In this document: positions 1 to 7,744 of the stretch, piece after piece
Numbering within the stretch: the stretch's first letter is position 1
Layout: every line of letters begins with the position of its first letter
NCBI GenBank assembly: GCA_003218945.1
Contig: QHPE01000150.1
Span: 665 to 64,664 of the forward strand
DNA length: 64,000 nt
Direction of reading: 5' to 3'
DNA from: Verrucomicrobiota bacterium
GTDB taxonomy: Bacteria > Verrucomicrobiota > Verrucomicrobiia > Chthoniobacterales > UBA10450
Translations under genes and position numbers: made by a program
Notes under the pieces: generated by a model
Seen by the model: the letters and a program-made list of their open reading frames with translations, nothing else
Database searches by the model: none
Told to the model about the DNA's origin: nothing

Positions 1-246
1 TGTGTCCGCCGATTTTCTCCTTACGTAGAAACGCAAATTCACCTCTTCGAAATCGCGGTGAAGTTGAATTGGAAGGCCCAGAAGACGTGTGTCGAGAAAT
101 AGAAAGCCGACGACACTGAGAAAAGTCTCACCGTTATCGAAATCGATTTCGGCGCCGACTGGAACAAGCGGAGCGATCAGGCGAGGATCGACAACGTGAT
201 TCAGCATCGCCAGATAACGCCAGTTGGCCGTCAGGAATGTTTGCAC
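1..246 (-). CDS. DUF2071 (YgjF-like) family protein, N-terminal part; the gene runs off the left edge
   Basis: Minus-strand translation from GTG at 246-244 gives MQTFLTANWRYLAMLNHVVDPRLIAPLVPVGAEIDFDNGETFLSVVGFLFLDTRLLGLPIQLHRDFEEVNLRFYVRRK. This is typical of the conserved DUF2071 N-terminus. It is absent from the ORF track because there is no stop inside the window. Confidence 0.65.
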   Translation of the reverse strand, partial: MQTFLTANWRYLAMLNHVVDPRLIAPLVPVGAEIDFDNGETFLSVVGFLFLDTRLLGLPIQLHRDFEEVNLRFYVRRKSADT

Positions 247-255
247 GCGAGGACG

Positions 256-898
256 TTAACGCTCAATCGGATGCACGCGATAGCGGATCGCAAAGCGTTC
301 CGAATTCGGAATGGCATTCAGATCGGCGCGTTCGGTCACGAAGATCCAGTCGGATCCCGCCTCGTCCGCTTTGCGAGGCACAGGCAGCAGATTTTTCAGC
401 TCAACGAATTGCGACGCGGCCGGCCCGTTACCGATCGAGGCGAGCAGCGAGCAAGTCTTGCTGTGCGCAAGAGAGGGACTTTACCGGGAATAATAACGTG
501 CTCCGGATTTCTTGTGATCGAATTCCAGTCGATGAAAGCGAAACCGCTCTCCCGAGTCTCGATGTAAAGACTGACTCGGATGTTATAGCCATCAGGCTGC
601 TCTGGAATCTTCATTTCGCCGGCGTACGTAGCTCGAATTGCAATTCGAGGCGTTTGCCATCGATCTTTGGGGGTTATCCGAGAGCAGATATGGCACGCCC
701 CCTAGCAATGACTCCGATGAGTAAACTCGCCAGAATTCCGAGAGGCACGCACAGAAAAAAATATAGTCATGGCGCGTTGACCTTCCATTTCCGGCACATG
801 CGCAACCTTGGTTAAGTAGTCGCCGACAGGAATCGCAAGAATACATCCGGCGAGCGCCGTCAAAGCGCAATGACCAACCCGCGAACAACACGCACCAT
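256..898 (-). pseudogene. Coding-looking remnants split over three frames: possibly a decayed small membrane protein plus a roughly 115-aa soluble protein
   Basis: Hand translation of the minus strand gives four pieces. (1) MVRVVRGLVIAL stop. (2) In another frame, LTALAGCILAIPVGDYLTKVAHVPEMEGQRAMTIFF. (3) After the A7/T7 run at 755-761, LYFFLCVPLGILASLLIGVIARGRAISALG stop. (4) MKIPEQPDGYNIRVSLYIETRESGFAFIDWNSITRNPEHVIIPGK (ORF 396-614), which continues only in another frame as SLAHSKTCSLLASIGNGPAASQFVELKNLLPVPRKADEAGSDWIFVTERADLNAIPNSERFAIRYRVHPIER with a stop at 258-256. That last segment has no in-frame start codon. Confidence 0.35.
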
Positions 899-954
899 GA
901 GCCTACCCTTTGTCTAACTAAACTGATCGAACATGCGCAATGTTCGATTCCATG

Positions 955-3060
955 TCACTGCAACAATTTTTCCAGGGGCGGACTGGGTTGCGTGCCGAGC
1001 GCAGTCGCGCGCGCGTAATGCTCTCTGGCAAGTTCCTTCGACGAAGGCTGTGTAGTGATGAGAACGACCGCCAGATTAAAGTGCGCGTCGGCATAACTGG
1101 GATTCTTCGCGATAGCCTGAAGGATCTCCTTCTCTGCTTCTTGCTGCCGCCCTTTTTGGCTGGCCGTGATACCGAGGTAATTGTGCGCAGTGGCGCTGTT
1201 CGGATTAAGCTCGATTGCTTTTCTTAAGTCCTTCAGCGCATCGTCGAACTTCGACTGGCGGTAATGAACAATGCCGAGTGTGGTGAGCACAAAATCGTCA
1301 TTCGGTGCGATGGTCAGGGCTTTCTTCAGCGTTGATTCCGCGGATCGGAGCTTGCCGGTGCGAAAGTAAACCACGCCGAGATTGGATAGCGCGTCGAGGT
1401 TCTCGGGCTCTTTCGCCAGGACTATCTGATATTGCTTTTCCGCTGTTCGATAATTGCCCTGCTCGACACTCTTGCTGGCGGCGACCGCAATCTCCTGAAG
1501 TTCGTTCGGCAAGGCGTCGGGGACTGCTGTTGAGATTGCATTCGATTTCGCGACGTCTGCCATCGATTTCTTTTCAAAAACAAAATTCATTTTGAGTGCG
1601 CCAGGCTTCGTGTTCGAGATTGAGACCACGGGTTGTCGGAACAAAGCGAGTTCTTCAGTACTTAACTTCGTTACGGGTTGGGCAAGGAATTCGATCTCTT
1701 TATTCAGAAAGTCTGATCGCACTTTGAGTCTATCCAACTCGGCCAACACCAGCTTTCTCTCCTCATCGCGCCGCGCTTCTTCCTGACGTTCACGAACGAC
1801 GATGTTTCGCAGCAGTTCGTTTTCTCTTGCAAGCTGGGGTGAATCCTCGCTGTTTGCTCCTGCCAGCCTGGCCGTTTGAAGTTCTGCGCCCGCGTGTTCC
1901 AGCTCAACATCCAGCTCCGCGGCTCGGGCCGCGAGGTAATGGTTTCTATTTTGGATTTCAGTTAGCTGCTGTTGAAGCTGCGCCATTTGTCCTTCCATCT
2001 CGGCCAATTTCTCTACAGCTTTGGGATCGCCCTCAGTGAGTTTCCTGGCCTTCTCCTCCGCGGTTGCAAGTTTCTGTTGCAGGTCATTCTTCTCGGCCAA
2101 GAGCGACTGAAAACGTTCTTCTGATTCCTTCGCCGATTTCAGTTGGGAGAGCGCGTCATCGCGTTCACGCTCGCGCGCAATGATATGATTGTTTGCCTCG
2201 GCGAACTTTGCCTGGGTATCGTCTCTTTGCGTTTCCGCCGCCGCACGCGCTTGATCGGCTGCGGCAATGGCCGCTTTTAATTGTGCTACTTCGGCAGGTA
2301 ATTGCTGCTGTTCCCTTTCACTGTTACCTTCCAACCCTTGCGAAGCCTTTGATTCCTGAAGCTGCGCGAGTTGGTCTCGCGTCTGACGTTCTGATTTCTT
2401 CGCCTCATCGAGATCGTTCTGGGCTCGCTCCAGCTTAGAATTTGTCTCGTTCAAACGCGTATCGACTACTTCCTTTTCTTTTCGTGCGGTCTCCAGATCC
2501 CCGCGCGTCTTGTCGAGCGCCGCTTGCAGCTCGGCGACTTTGTCGCGCAAGTTCTTTGTGGCGACCTTGGCTGAGGTATCCCGCGGCCGCTCGCTCAGGG
2601 TCTGGGATTGCGGCGACAAGGCTTCGGGGCCAGGCTCAGACCAGGCGTCACTCTCAGGCGCTGCGGGCGCAATGTCAGGCAAGGGACTGGAGCTCGCGTT
2701 GAGTTGGGTTTGCCTTGTGATCCGCTCCTGAAGTCTCAGAATCGCTTCGCTGATTTTGCGCCCGCGATATTCCACAACCACTGGCTGCCACTGAGCGTGC
2801 GATTTGCGCAATTCCTCGATCAAGCTGCCGGCGAACCGATACTTGGCCAAAGCAGTCTTGAAGCGGTCCTGGTGCTCGAGTTTTTCACCTTGTTGCGCGG
2901 AGAGATACGCTTTGAGGAAAATTTCGCTCGGATCGTCCTGCTGCCCAAAGATGACAGAGGCTCCAAGGAAGAGCATTAGTGTGATCGAAGCCACACCCGC
3001 TCGCCCGATTAAGGTGCAAGGTGCAACGATACACTGGCTCCGGGGGGAGATGTGTTTCAC
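955..3060 (-). CDS. Membrane-anchored coiled-coil / TPR repeat protein
   Basis: The ORF is 701 aa. It has an N-terminal hydrophobic segment (ITLMLFLGASVIFG) and a long Q/E/A/K-rich heptad-like central region. The C-terminus carries TPR-like repeats (YRTAEKQYQIVLAKEPENLDALSNLGVVYFRTGK, AIELNPNSATAHNYLGI, AIAKNPSYADAHFNLAV). Confidence 0.8.
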   Translation of the reverse strand: MKHISPRSQCIVAPCTLIGRAGVASITLMLFLGASVIFGQQDDPSEIFLKAYLSAQQGEKLEHQDRFKTALAKYRFAGSLIEELRKSHAQWQPVVVEYRGRKISEAILRLQERITRQTQLNASSSPLPDIAPAAPESDAWSEPGPEALSPQSQTLSERPRDTSAKVATKNLRDKVAELQAALDKTRGDLETARKEKEVVDTRLNETNSKLERAQNDLDEAKKSERQTRDQLAQLQESKASQGLEGNSEREQQQLPAEVAQLKAAIAAADQARAAAETQRDDTQAKFAEANNHIIARERERDDALSQLKSAKESEERFQSLLAEKNDLQQKLATAEEKARKLTEGDPKAVEKLAEMEGQMAQLQQQLTEIQNRNHYLAARAAELDVELEHAGAELQTARLAGANSEDSPQLARENELLRNIVVRERQEEARRDEERKLVLAELDRLKVRSDFLNKEIEFLAQPVTKLSTEELALFRQPVVSISNTKPGALKMNFVFEKKSMADVAKSNAISTAVPDALPNELQEIAVAASKSVEQGNYRTAEKQYQIVLAKEPENLDALSNLGVVYFRTGKLRSAESTLKKALTIAPNDDFVLTTLGIVHYRQSKFDDALKDLRKAIELNPNSATAHNYLGITASQKGRQQEAEKEILQAIAKNPSYADAHFNLAVVLITTQPSSKELAREHYARATALGTQPSPPLEKLLQ

Positions 3061-3155
3061 CGCCGCTGAGTGTTAGCGGATTGGGCCACGCATGTCGAGT
3101 CCTTTGTTTGCAAAAAAACGTTGGAATTTTAGAGTCTCAGTTCGAACCAGTGAAT

Positions 3156-3231
3156 GGTGGTCGTAGCTCAATGGTAGAGCCCCAGATTGTGGTTCTGGTT
3201 GTTGCGGGTTCGAGTCCCGTCGGCCACCCCA
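3156..3231 (+). tRNA. tRNA-His (anticodon GTG) with encoded G-1 and CCA
   Basis: Cloverleaf folded by hand. The acceptor is GTGGTCG/CGGCCAC, with an extra 5' G opposite C73. D arm: GCTC-AATGGTA-GAGC. Anticodon arm: CCAGA-TTGTGGT-TCTGG. T arm: GCGGG-TTCGAGT-CCCGT. The 3' CCA is encoded. Confidence 0.93.
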
Positions 3232-3248
3232 AATTGATTTAAGATTTG

Positions 3249-3274
3249 CGATTACCGATTGCCGATTGCCATTC
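3249..3274. repeat. Heptamer tandem repeat (CGATTRC x3 plus a partial unit) in the tRNA spacer
   Basis: The sequence reads cgattac cgattgc cgattgc catt. Confidence 0.7.
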
Positions 3275-3281
3275 TGTAAAT

Positions 3282-3314
3282 GGGAAATCCGAAATCGAAA
3301 ATCGCAAATTTCCC
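3282..3314 (+). repeat. GGGAAATC-GAAAT motif element (hairpin GGGAAAT...ATTTCCC) directly upstream of tRNA-Arg
   Basis: The sequence is gggaaatccgaaatcgaaaatcgcaaatttccc. Its ends are complementary over 7 nt and the interior has 6-7 nt periodicity. A near-identical start (gggaaatctgaaat) recurs at 56930. Confidence 0.6.
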
Positions 3315-3315
3315 A

Positions 3316-3389
3316 GTGCCTGTAGCTCAACCGGATAGAGCTTCTGACTTCGGATCAGAAGGTTGGGGGTTCGAATCCCTCCAGGCACG
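3316..3389 (+). tRNA. tRNA-Arg (anticodon TCG)
   Basis: Cloverleaf folded by hand. Acceptor: GTGCCTG/CAGGCAC. D arm: GCTC-AACCGGATA-GAGC. Anticodon arm: TCTGA-CTTCGGA-TCAGA. Variable loop: AGGTT. T arm: GGGGG-TTCGAAT-CCCTC. Discriminator is G and CCA is not encoded. Confidence 0.92.
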
Positions 3390-3427
3390 CTTTCTTTGAA
3401 TTGGATGATTTCTTAGTCTCACGAACC

Positions 3428-4459
3428 ATGACGAGCGACCGGGACGCAAAATTCATGCACGCTGCGTTGGCGGAAGCAGAAAAGGGGGTCGCCCGGACGA
3501 GCCCCAATCCGGCCGTCGGCGCTGTCCTGGTGATTGATAATCAAATAGTGGCAAAAGGACATCATCGCGAAGCAGGACGACCGCATGCTGAGATCGAGTG
3601 TCTGCGCGATTTCGGTACGCCGGTTCCCCCGCGGTCGACACTTTACATTACCCTAGAGCCGTGTTCGACGTTCGGGCGCACGGGAGCCTGCACAGATGCG
3701 ATCATCAGCGCTCGAATCAGAAACGTAGTCATCGGCGCGGCCGACATAAACCCACGGCACTGCGGTAGAGGCATAGTGCAGTTGCGAAAAGCAGGCGTCA
3801 CAGTGCGGGAAGGCGTCCTGGCGGAAGAGTGCACACGACTCAACGAGGCTTTCAACAAATGGATTGTGACAGGACGCCCTTTCGTGATCGCTAAATGCGG
3901 CATGTCTCTCGATGGTCGATTGACGCGTACATTTGGCGAGCCTCGATGGATCACCGGAGGTACTGCTCGCCATCATGCGCATGCGCTTCGTGCGCGGGTG
4001 GACGCAGTGCTCGTGGGAGCAGAGACTGTGCGTGTGGACAACCCCCGCTTGACAGTTCGCGGGGTGCACCGGGCACGACAACCGTGGCGAATTGTGCTGA
4101 CCCGCTCAGGTCGGTTACGGCGGCGGGCTCATCTTTTCTCGGACAGATTTGCTGCGCGAACGTTGATCTATCAACAGAAGCCTTTGGCAAGCGTACTGAA
4201 GGATCTCGGTAAACGAAGCATCACCAGTGTCTTAATCGAAGGTGGCGGCGAGGTCCTTGGTGAGGCACTCGACAACCGGCTCATTGATAAAGTGCAGATT
4301 TATTTGGGGCCAATTTTAACCGGAGGACCAGTGATCGCATTCCCCGGTCGGGGAACGAACAAAACTGCGGATGCGTTGCAGCTGCGCGATGTTCGCTATC
4401 AAACGATCGGGCAAACTGTCTGTATCACCGGTTATCCAGACGTTATGGAAAGCATATAG
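3428..4459 (+). CDS. ribD: Bifunctional riboflavin biosynthesis protein RibD (pyrimidine deaminase / uracil reductase)
   Basis: CMP/dCMP-type deaminase zinc motifs HAEIECL and PCSTFGRTGACTDA are present, followed by a RibD_C-like reductase half (KCGMSLDGRL, VLIEGGGEV). The ATG at 3428 is preferred over the TTG at 3401, which lies only 12 nt after the tRNA. Confidence 0.9.
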   Translation: MTSDRDAKFMHAALAEAEKGVARTSPNPAVGAVLVIDNQIVAKGHHREAGRPHAEIECLRDFGTPVPPRSTLYITLEPCSTFGRTGACTDAIISARIRNVVIGAADINPRHCGRGIVQLRKAGVTVREGVLAEECTRLNEAFNKWIVTGRPFVIAKCGMSLDGRLTRTFGEPRWITGGTARHHAHALRARVDAVLVGAETVRVDNPRLTVRGVHRARQPWRIVLTRSGRLRRRAHLFSDRFAARTLIYQQKPLASVLKDLGKRSITSVLIEGGGEVLGEALDNRLIDKVQIYLGPILTGGPVIAFPGRGTNKTADALQLRDVRYQTIGQTVCITGYPDVMESI

Positions 4460-4508
4460 ACGGCAACTTTCGGTCTTACTCGCTGTTGAATCACTGGGAG
4501 GTGAGATA

Positions 4509-4760
4509 ATGAAGAAACTTCTGTTAATTGCACTCGTGGCCGGGGGTTTGATGTTCACGGCCGCACCGCGTTCTGATGCTGGCGTTTCGGTCGGAATTGG
4601 ATTCGGGTTTCCTGTGGCATATCCATATCCATACGCATATCCATATCCTTACGGATTCTATGGACCAGCCGTTTACGGGGGACCATCATTTTACTGGCAC
4701 AACGGACATCGCGTTTTTGTCGCGCGACATCCCCATGTTCACCACGTTCATCATCGATAA
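4509..4760 (+). CDS. Small secreted aromatic/Pro/Gly-rich protein with a His-rich tail (83 aa)
   Basis: A GGAGGTGA Shine-Dalgarno sequence lies 5 nt upstream of the ATG. The signal peptide is MKKLLLIALVAGGLMFTAAPRSDA. It is followed by GIGFGFPVAYPYPYAYPYPYGFYGPAVYGG and then HNGHRVFVARHPHVHHVHHR. Confidence 0.6.
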   Translation: MKKLLLIALVAGGLMFTAAPRSDAGVSVGIGFGFPVAYPYPYAYPYPYGFYGPAVYGGPSFYWHNGHRVFVARHPHVHHVHHR

Positions 4761-4791
4761 CGAATTGAATGCGGTATCCACGAAATCCCTG

Positions 4792-4821
4792 AGCTGGCTC
4801 GACATCCACGTCGAGCCAGCT
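4792..4821. terminator. 12-bp perfect hairpin between convergent genes (candidate bidirectional terminator)
   Basis: The stem is AGCTGGCTCGAC / GTCGAGCCAGCT with a 6-nt loop. There is no clear U tract on either strand. Confidence 0.45.
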
Positions 4822-4841
4822 TAATCACGGAACTCGCGGAT

Positions 4842-5462
4842 CTAGTTTCCGGATTTTTGCGAAGCTGGCGGTTTTGCAACGGGACTCTTGCCGGGCTGAT
4901 CGATCTGAAATTCCTTTTTCAGCTGTTGAATCAGTGCCGGGATTTCTTTTTGCCGCTCTGCTTCGATTTGCTGCCGCAGCCCTTGTTCGACTTTTCGGCG
5001 TTCTTGGATGTAACGGGATTCAAACTGCGCCCGTTCCTGTGGGCTCAGCTGAAGACCGGAGTCGCGAACGGCTGTATCAGCTTCGCGCGTCATACTCTGC
5101 CGGCGCATGTTTTCCCGCTGCCGCATCAGATTGCGTTGTTCCGGGGTCATCTGCATCCAAAGCTCAGCGTTGCGCCGGAAGTTTTGACGGGCGTCCGGCG
5201 GCATTGCGAGCCAGCGCTCTCTTATACTCTGCGCGGACGGCTGCTGCCCAGGCGGAGGCCCATGAAGTTGACTTGACGGTGCTCCGTGAGGCGCTGGCAT
5301 TGGGGCAGGACCATGAGGCGCTCCCATGAGGGGCGGCGGACGGCCAATGGGGCCGCGATGCTGTTGTGGCTGCGCTTGTGCGGCTGCGCAACACAAAGCG
5401 AAAACCGACAGGCAAATGAAAAATCTAGAGAGTTGGCTTTTCTTCCCACACGTTATTTTCAT
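4842..5462 (-). CDS. Secreted Pro-rich protein with DUF3106-like W..(M/L)(T/S)PEQR repeats
   Basis: The signal peptide is FICLSVFALCCAAAQA, followed by a Pro/Gly/His-rich segment. The repeats read RERWLAMPPDARQNFRRNAELWMQMTPEQRNLMRQRE and LQLSPQERAQFESRY. The gene overlaps the upstream gene by 38 nt. Confidence 0.65.
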   Translation of the reverse strand: MKITCGKKSQLSRFFICLSVFALCCAAAQAQPQQHRGPIGRPPPLMGAPHGPAPMPAPHGAPSSQLHGPPPGQQPSAQSIRERWLAMPPDARQNFRRNAELWMQMTPEQRNLMRQRENMRRQSMTREADTAVRDSGLQLSPQERAQFESRYIQERRKVEQGLRQQIEAERQKEIPALIQQLKKEFQIDQPGKSPVAKPPASQKSGN

Positions 5463-5787
5463 CCCAGGCGATCAGTTCATCCAGATCCGCCACGACTTCA
5501 TAATCCTGTGGATCGACTTTAGCCACTACATCTAAGTCACTCGAAGACGCTGATCGCGGACCTGGATAATGCGTGACAAGAGCAAGGGCGACAGCGACTG
5601 CTGCCACCGCCGACGCCCCGACAAGCTTACGCACGCTGAACCAGCTCCGCACTCGGTCAAAACGAGCCCGTCCCTGCCGAACTTTTCTCAGAACGTCTCG
5701 GGCAAAAAATGGCGACAGCGTGGGCTCAGGAAGCCGGCCGAGAACATCCCATAGCTCTTTGTCATCTTCAGGTTCCATATTGTCCAT
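5425..5787 (-). CDS. Single-pass membrane protein, anti-sigma-factor-like
   Basis: The acidic N-terminus carries SPFFARDVLRKV, which resembles the N-terminal motif of many membrane anti-sigma factors. There is one transmembrane helix (LVGASAVAAVAVALALV) and an acidic C-terminus. The start could be the ATG at 5787 or the TTG at 5796. Confidence 0.5.
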   Translation of the reverse strand: MDNMEPEDDKELWDVLGRLPEPTLSPFFARDVLRKVRQGRARFDRVRSWFSVRKLVGASAVAAVAVALALVTHYPGPRSASSSDLDVVAKVDPQDYEVVADLDELIAWDENNVWEEKPTL

Positions 5788-5844
5788 TGGATTCAACCGT
5801 TTGCGCGCCCCGAAGTTGCGCTCGAAGGCGGTTGAAAATTATGT

Positions 5845-7494
5845 TCAAATGCCTGGCGCCTCAAGGAAACCTTCGAGCTGCCGAATCCGCGTTGGATGCC
5901 GCATTTTGCGCAGGGCCTTCGCTTCGATCTGGCGAATGCGCTCGCGAGTGACTTGGAACTGGCGGCCCACTTCCTCAAGGGTCCGGCTATATCCGTCGAC
6001 AAGTCCGAATCGTTGCTCAAGCACTTGCCGTTCGCGATCGGTGAGCGTTTCCAGCACATCCTTGATTTTTTCCTTCAGCAAAACGATGGCAGTCATGTCG
6101 CTGGGATTCTCGGCGCCCCGGTCCTCAATGAAATCGCCAAAGTTGGTCTCTTCGCTCTCGCCCACCGGCGACTGAAGTGAAATCGGCTGCTGCGCCATCT
6201 TTAGGACGGCGCGAACACGGTCCACCGGCAGGAGCACTTCTTCAGCCACCTCTTCAGGCGAAGGCTCCCGCCCGTATTCCTGTACCAGCTGTTTTTGGAC
6301 GCGTAACAGCTTGTTAATCGTCTCAATCATGTGGACGGGAATCCGAATCGTTCGCGCCTGGTCGGCGATCGAGCGGGTAATAGCCTGCCGAATCCACCAC
6401 GTCGCATATGTTGAGAACTTGTATCCGCGCCGGTATTCAAACTTTTCCACCGCCTTCATCAGGCCCATGTTCCCTTCCTGGATCAGATCAAGAAATGACA
6501 ACCCGCGATTTGTGTATTTCTTTGCGATGGAAATAACGAGGCGGAGATTGGCCTCAACCATCTCAGTTTTGGCTTTGAATGCCTGACGCAGCCAGCTCTT
6601 GAGCGTCCGATATTCCTCCGCATAGTCGGAGAGGGAAAACCAGAGACTCGTTTCCAGCTCGCCGACTTTCTTCTGAAGCTGCAATCGACGTTTTTTGCTG
6701 CGAGGATTTTTAGCGAGCTCGCTCTGCAGATAAAGCGACGTATGGTGCGCCTCGTCTGCCAGGTGCACAAGCTCCTCGGTAACCCGCTGCTTGAGATAAA
6801 AACGGGGGTAAATCCTTTGCAGGGCAGCCATCGTTCTCTGCAACGCCCTGCGCTTCTGGGATGCTCTGTTGGAAACATCGCGTGCAAGCTCGGTAAAGTG
6901 CCGAGTGACGGAAACGCTTAGTTTTTCCACTTGTTTGCACAAACGCGGCAGATTTTTCATGTACCTTTCCCGGCTCTCGATTTTTTTATCGAGGATCACG
7001 CGGTCGAAGCGTTCCCGGCCCTCGAGGAGTTTGCGGGCAAGATCGAGATGACCCCGAGCAACAAACCCGAAACGGTTAAGATGCTTCTGCACCATGGCTT
7101 CAGCCTCCTCAATGCGCTTCGAGATTTCGACCTCCTGGTCGCGGGTCAGCAACGGCACCTGCCCCATCTGCTTCAAATACATCCGTACAGGGTCATCCAG
7201 GATATCAACCTTTGCTGGCACCCTGCCTTCCTCTTCGTCCTCCTCCTCATCAACGTCTTTCTTGCCGTCCCTGTAGCGATCCACTTCGGACGCTTCGATG
7301 ATATCGATCTCCAGGCGACGCAGACGCGTGAGAATCAGATCCAGTTCGTCGGCGTCGGTAATGCCTTCGGGCAAGGCTTCGTTCAGATCGTCGAACGTGA
7401 GATGGCCTTGTTCCTTTGCCAGCTTGATAAGTTCCCGAATGCGCGCTTGAACTTCGATGGACGAATACAAACCGGAAACGCCGAGAGTCGGCAC
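5845..7494 (-). CDS. rpoD: RNA polymerase primary sigma factor RpoD (start uncertain: GTG 7494, TTG 7470, or ATG 7812)
   Basis: Region 1.1 reads [24 protein letters not shown] and is followed by an acidic linker. Region 2 includes [74 protein letters not shown]. Region 4.2 reads [30 protein letters not shown]. It lies downstream of dnaG, as in the classical operon. Confidence 0.93.
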   Translation of the reverse strand: MPTLGVSGLYSSIEVQARIRELIKLAKEQGHLTFDDLNEALPEGITDADELDLILTRLRRLEIDIIEASEVDRYRDGKKDVDEEEDEEEGRVPAKVDILDDPVRMYLKQMGQVPLLTRDQEVEISKRIEEAEAMVQKHLNRFGFVARGHLDLARKLLEGRERFDRVILDKKIESRERYMKNLPRLCKQVEKLSVSVTRHFTELARDVSNRASQKRRALQRTMAALQRIYPRFYLKQRVTEELVHLADEAHHTSLYLQSELAKNPRSKKRRLQLQKKVGELETSLWFSLSDYAEEYRTLKSWLRQAFKAKTEMVEANLRLVISIAKKYTNRGLSFLDLIQEGNMGLMKAVEKFEYRRGYKFSTYATWWIRQAITRSIADQARTIRIPVHMIETINKLLRVQKQLVQEYGREPSPEEVAEEVLLPVDRVRAVLKMAQQPISLQSPVGESEETNFGDFIEDRGAENPSDMTAIVLLKEKIKDVLETLTDRERQVLEQRFGLVDGYSRTLEEVGRQFQVTRERIRQIEAKALRKMRHPTRIRQLEGFLEAPGI

Positions 7495-7744
7495 AGATAG
7501 TGGTCCATTGTTGTTAGGCCGTGCTGGTGAACACGTGATTCGTTTGCGCCCAAGCGCCTTCAGCCGCGGCGGTTTCTTGTGGTTTCCGCGCCCATTCAAA
7601 TGCGCTTTGGGTGCGGTGCGCCTGCGGCTAACTTTAAGCCGCCGCACCGACGACCGTCGGCTGCTCCCGCTTCGTTTCGAATGCCTGGCCAAGTTTGTTC
7701 GGTTAAGGATTTGGACTAAGGCCTTCGGCCTGCCACGCGACGGT

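Noticed and set aside
196-815. Several + strand ORFs (196-567, 237-815, 311-493)
   Set aside because: Their translations are Arg/Ser-rich. The minus strand carries the protein-like segments, and the DUF2071 start lies there.
3073-3330. An 85-aa minus-strand ORF
   Set aside because: It lies antisense across both tRNA genes and the repeat-filled spacer, so the open frame is an artefact.
3156-3389. The tRNA-His / tRNA-Arg pair as a possible integration site for a genomic island
   Set aside because: There is no integrase, no direct repeat of a tRNA 3' end and no compositionally odd block nearby. ribD and core genes follow immediately.
5573-6175. A 200-aa + strand ORF
   Set aside because: It is antisense to the rpoD 3' end and the anti-sigma-like gene. 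Its composition (Arg/Ser/Thr runs) does not look like protein.
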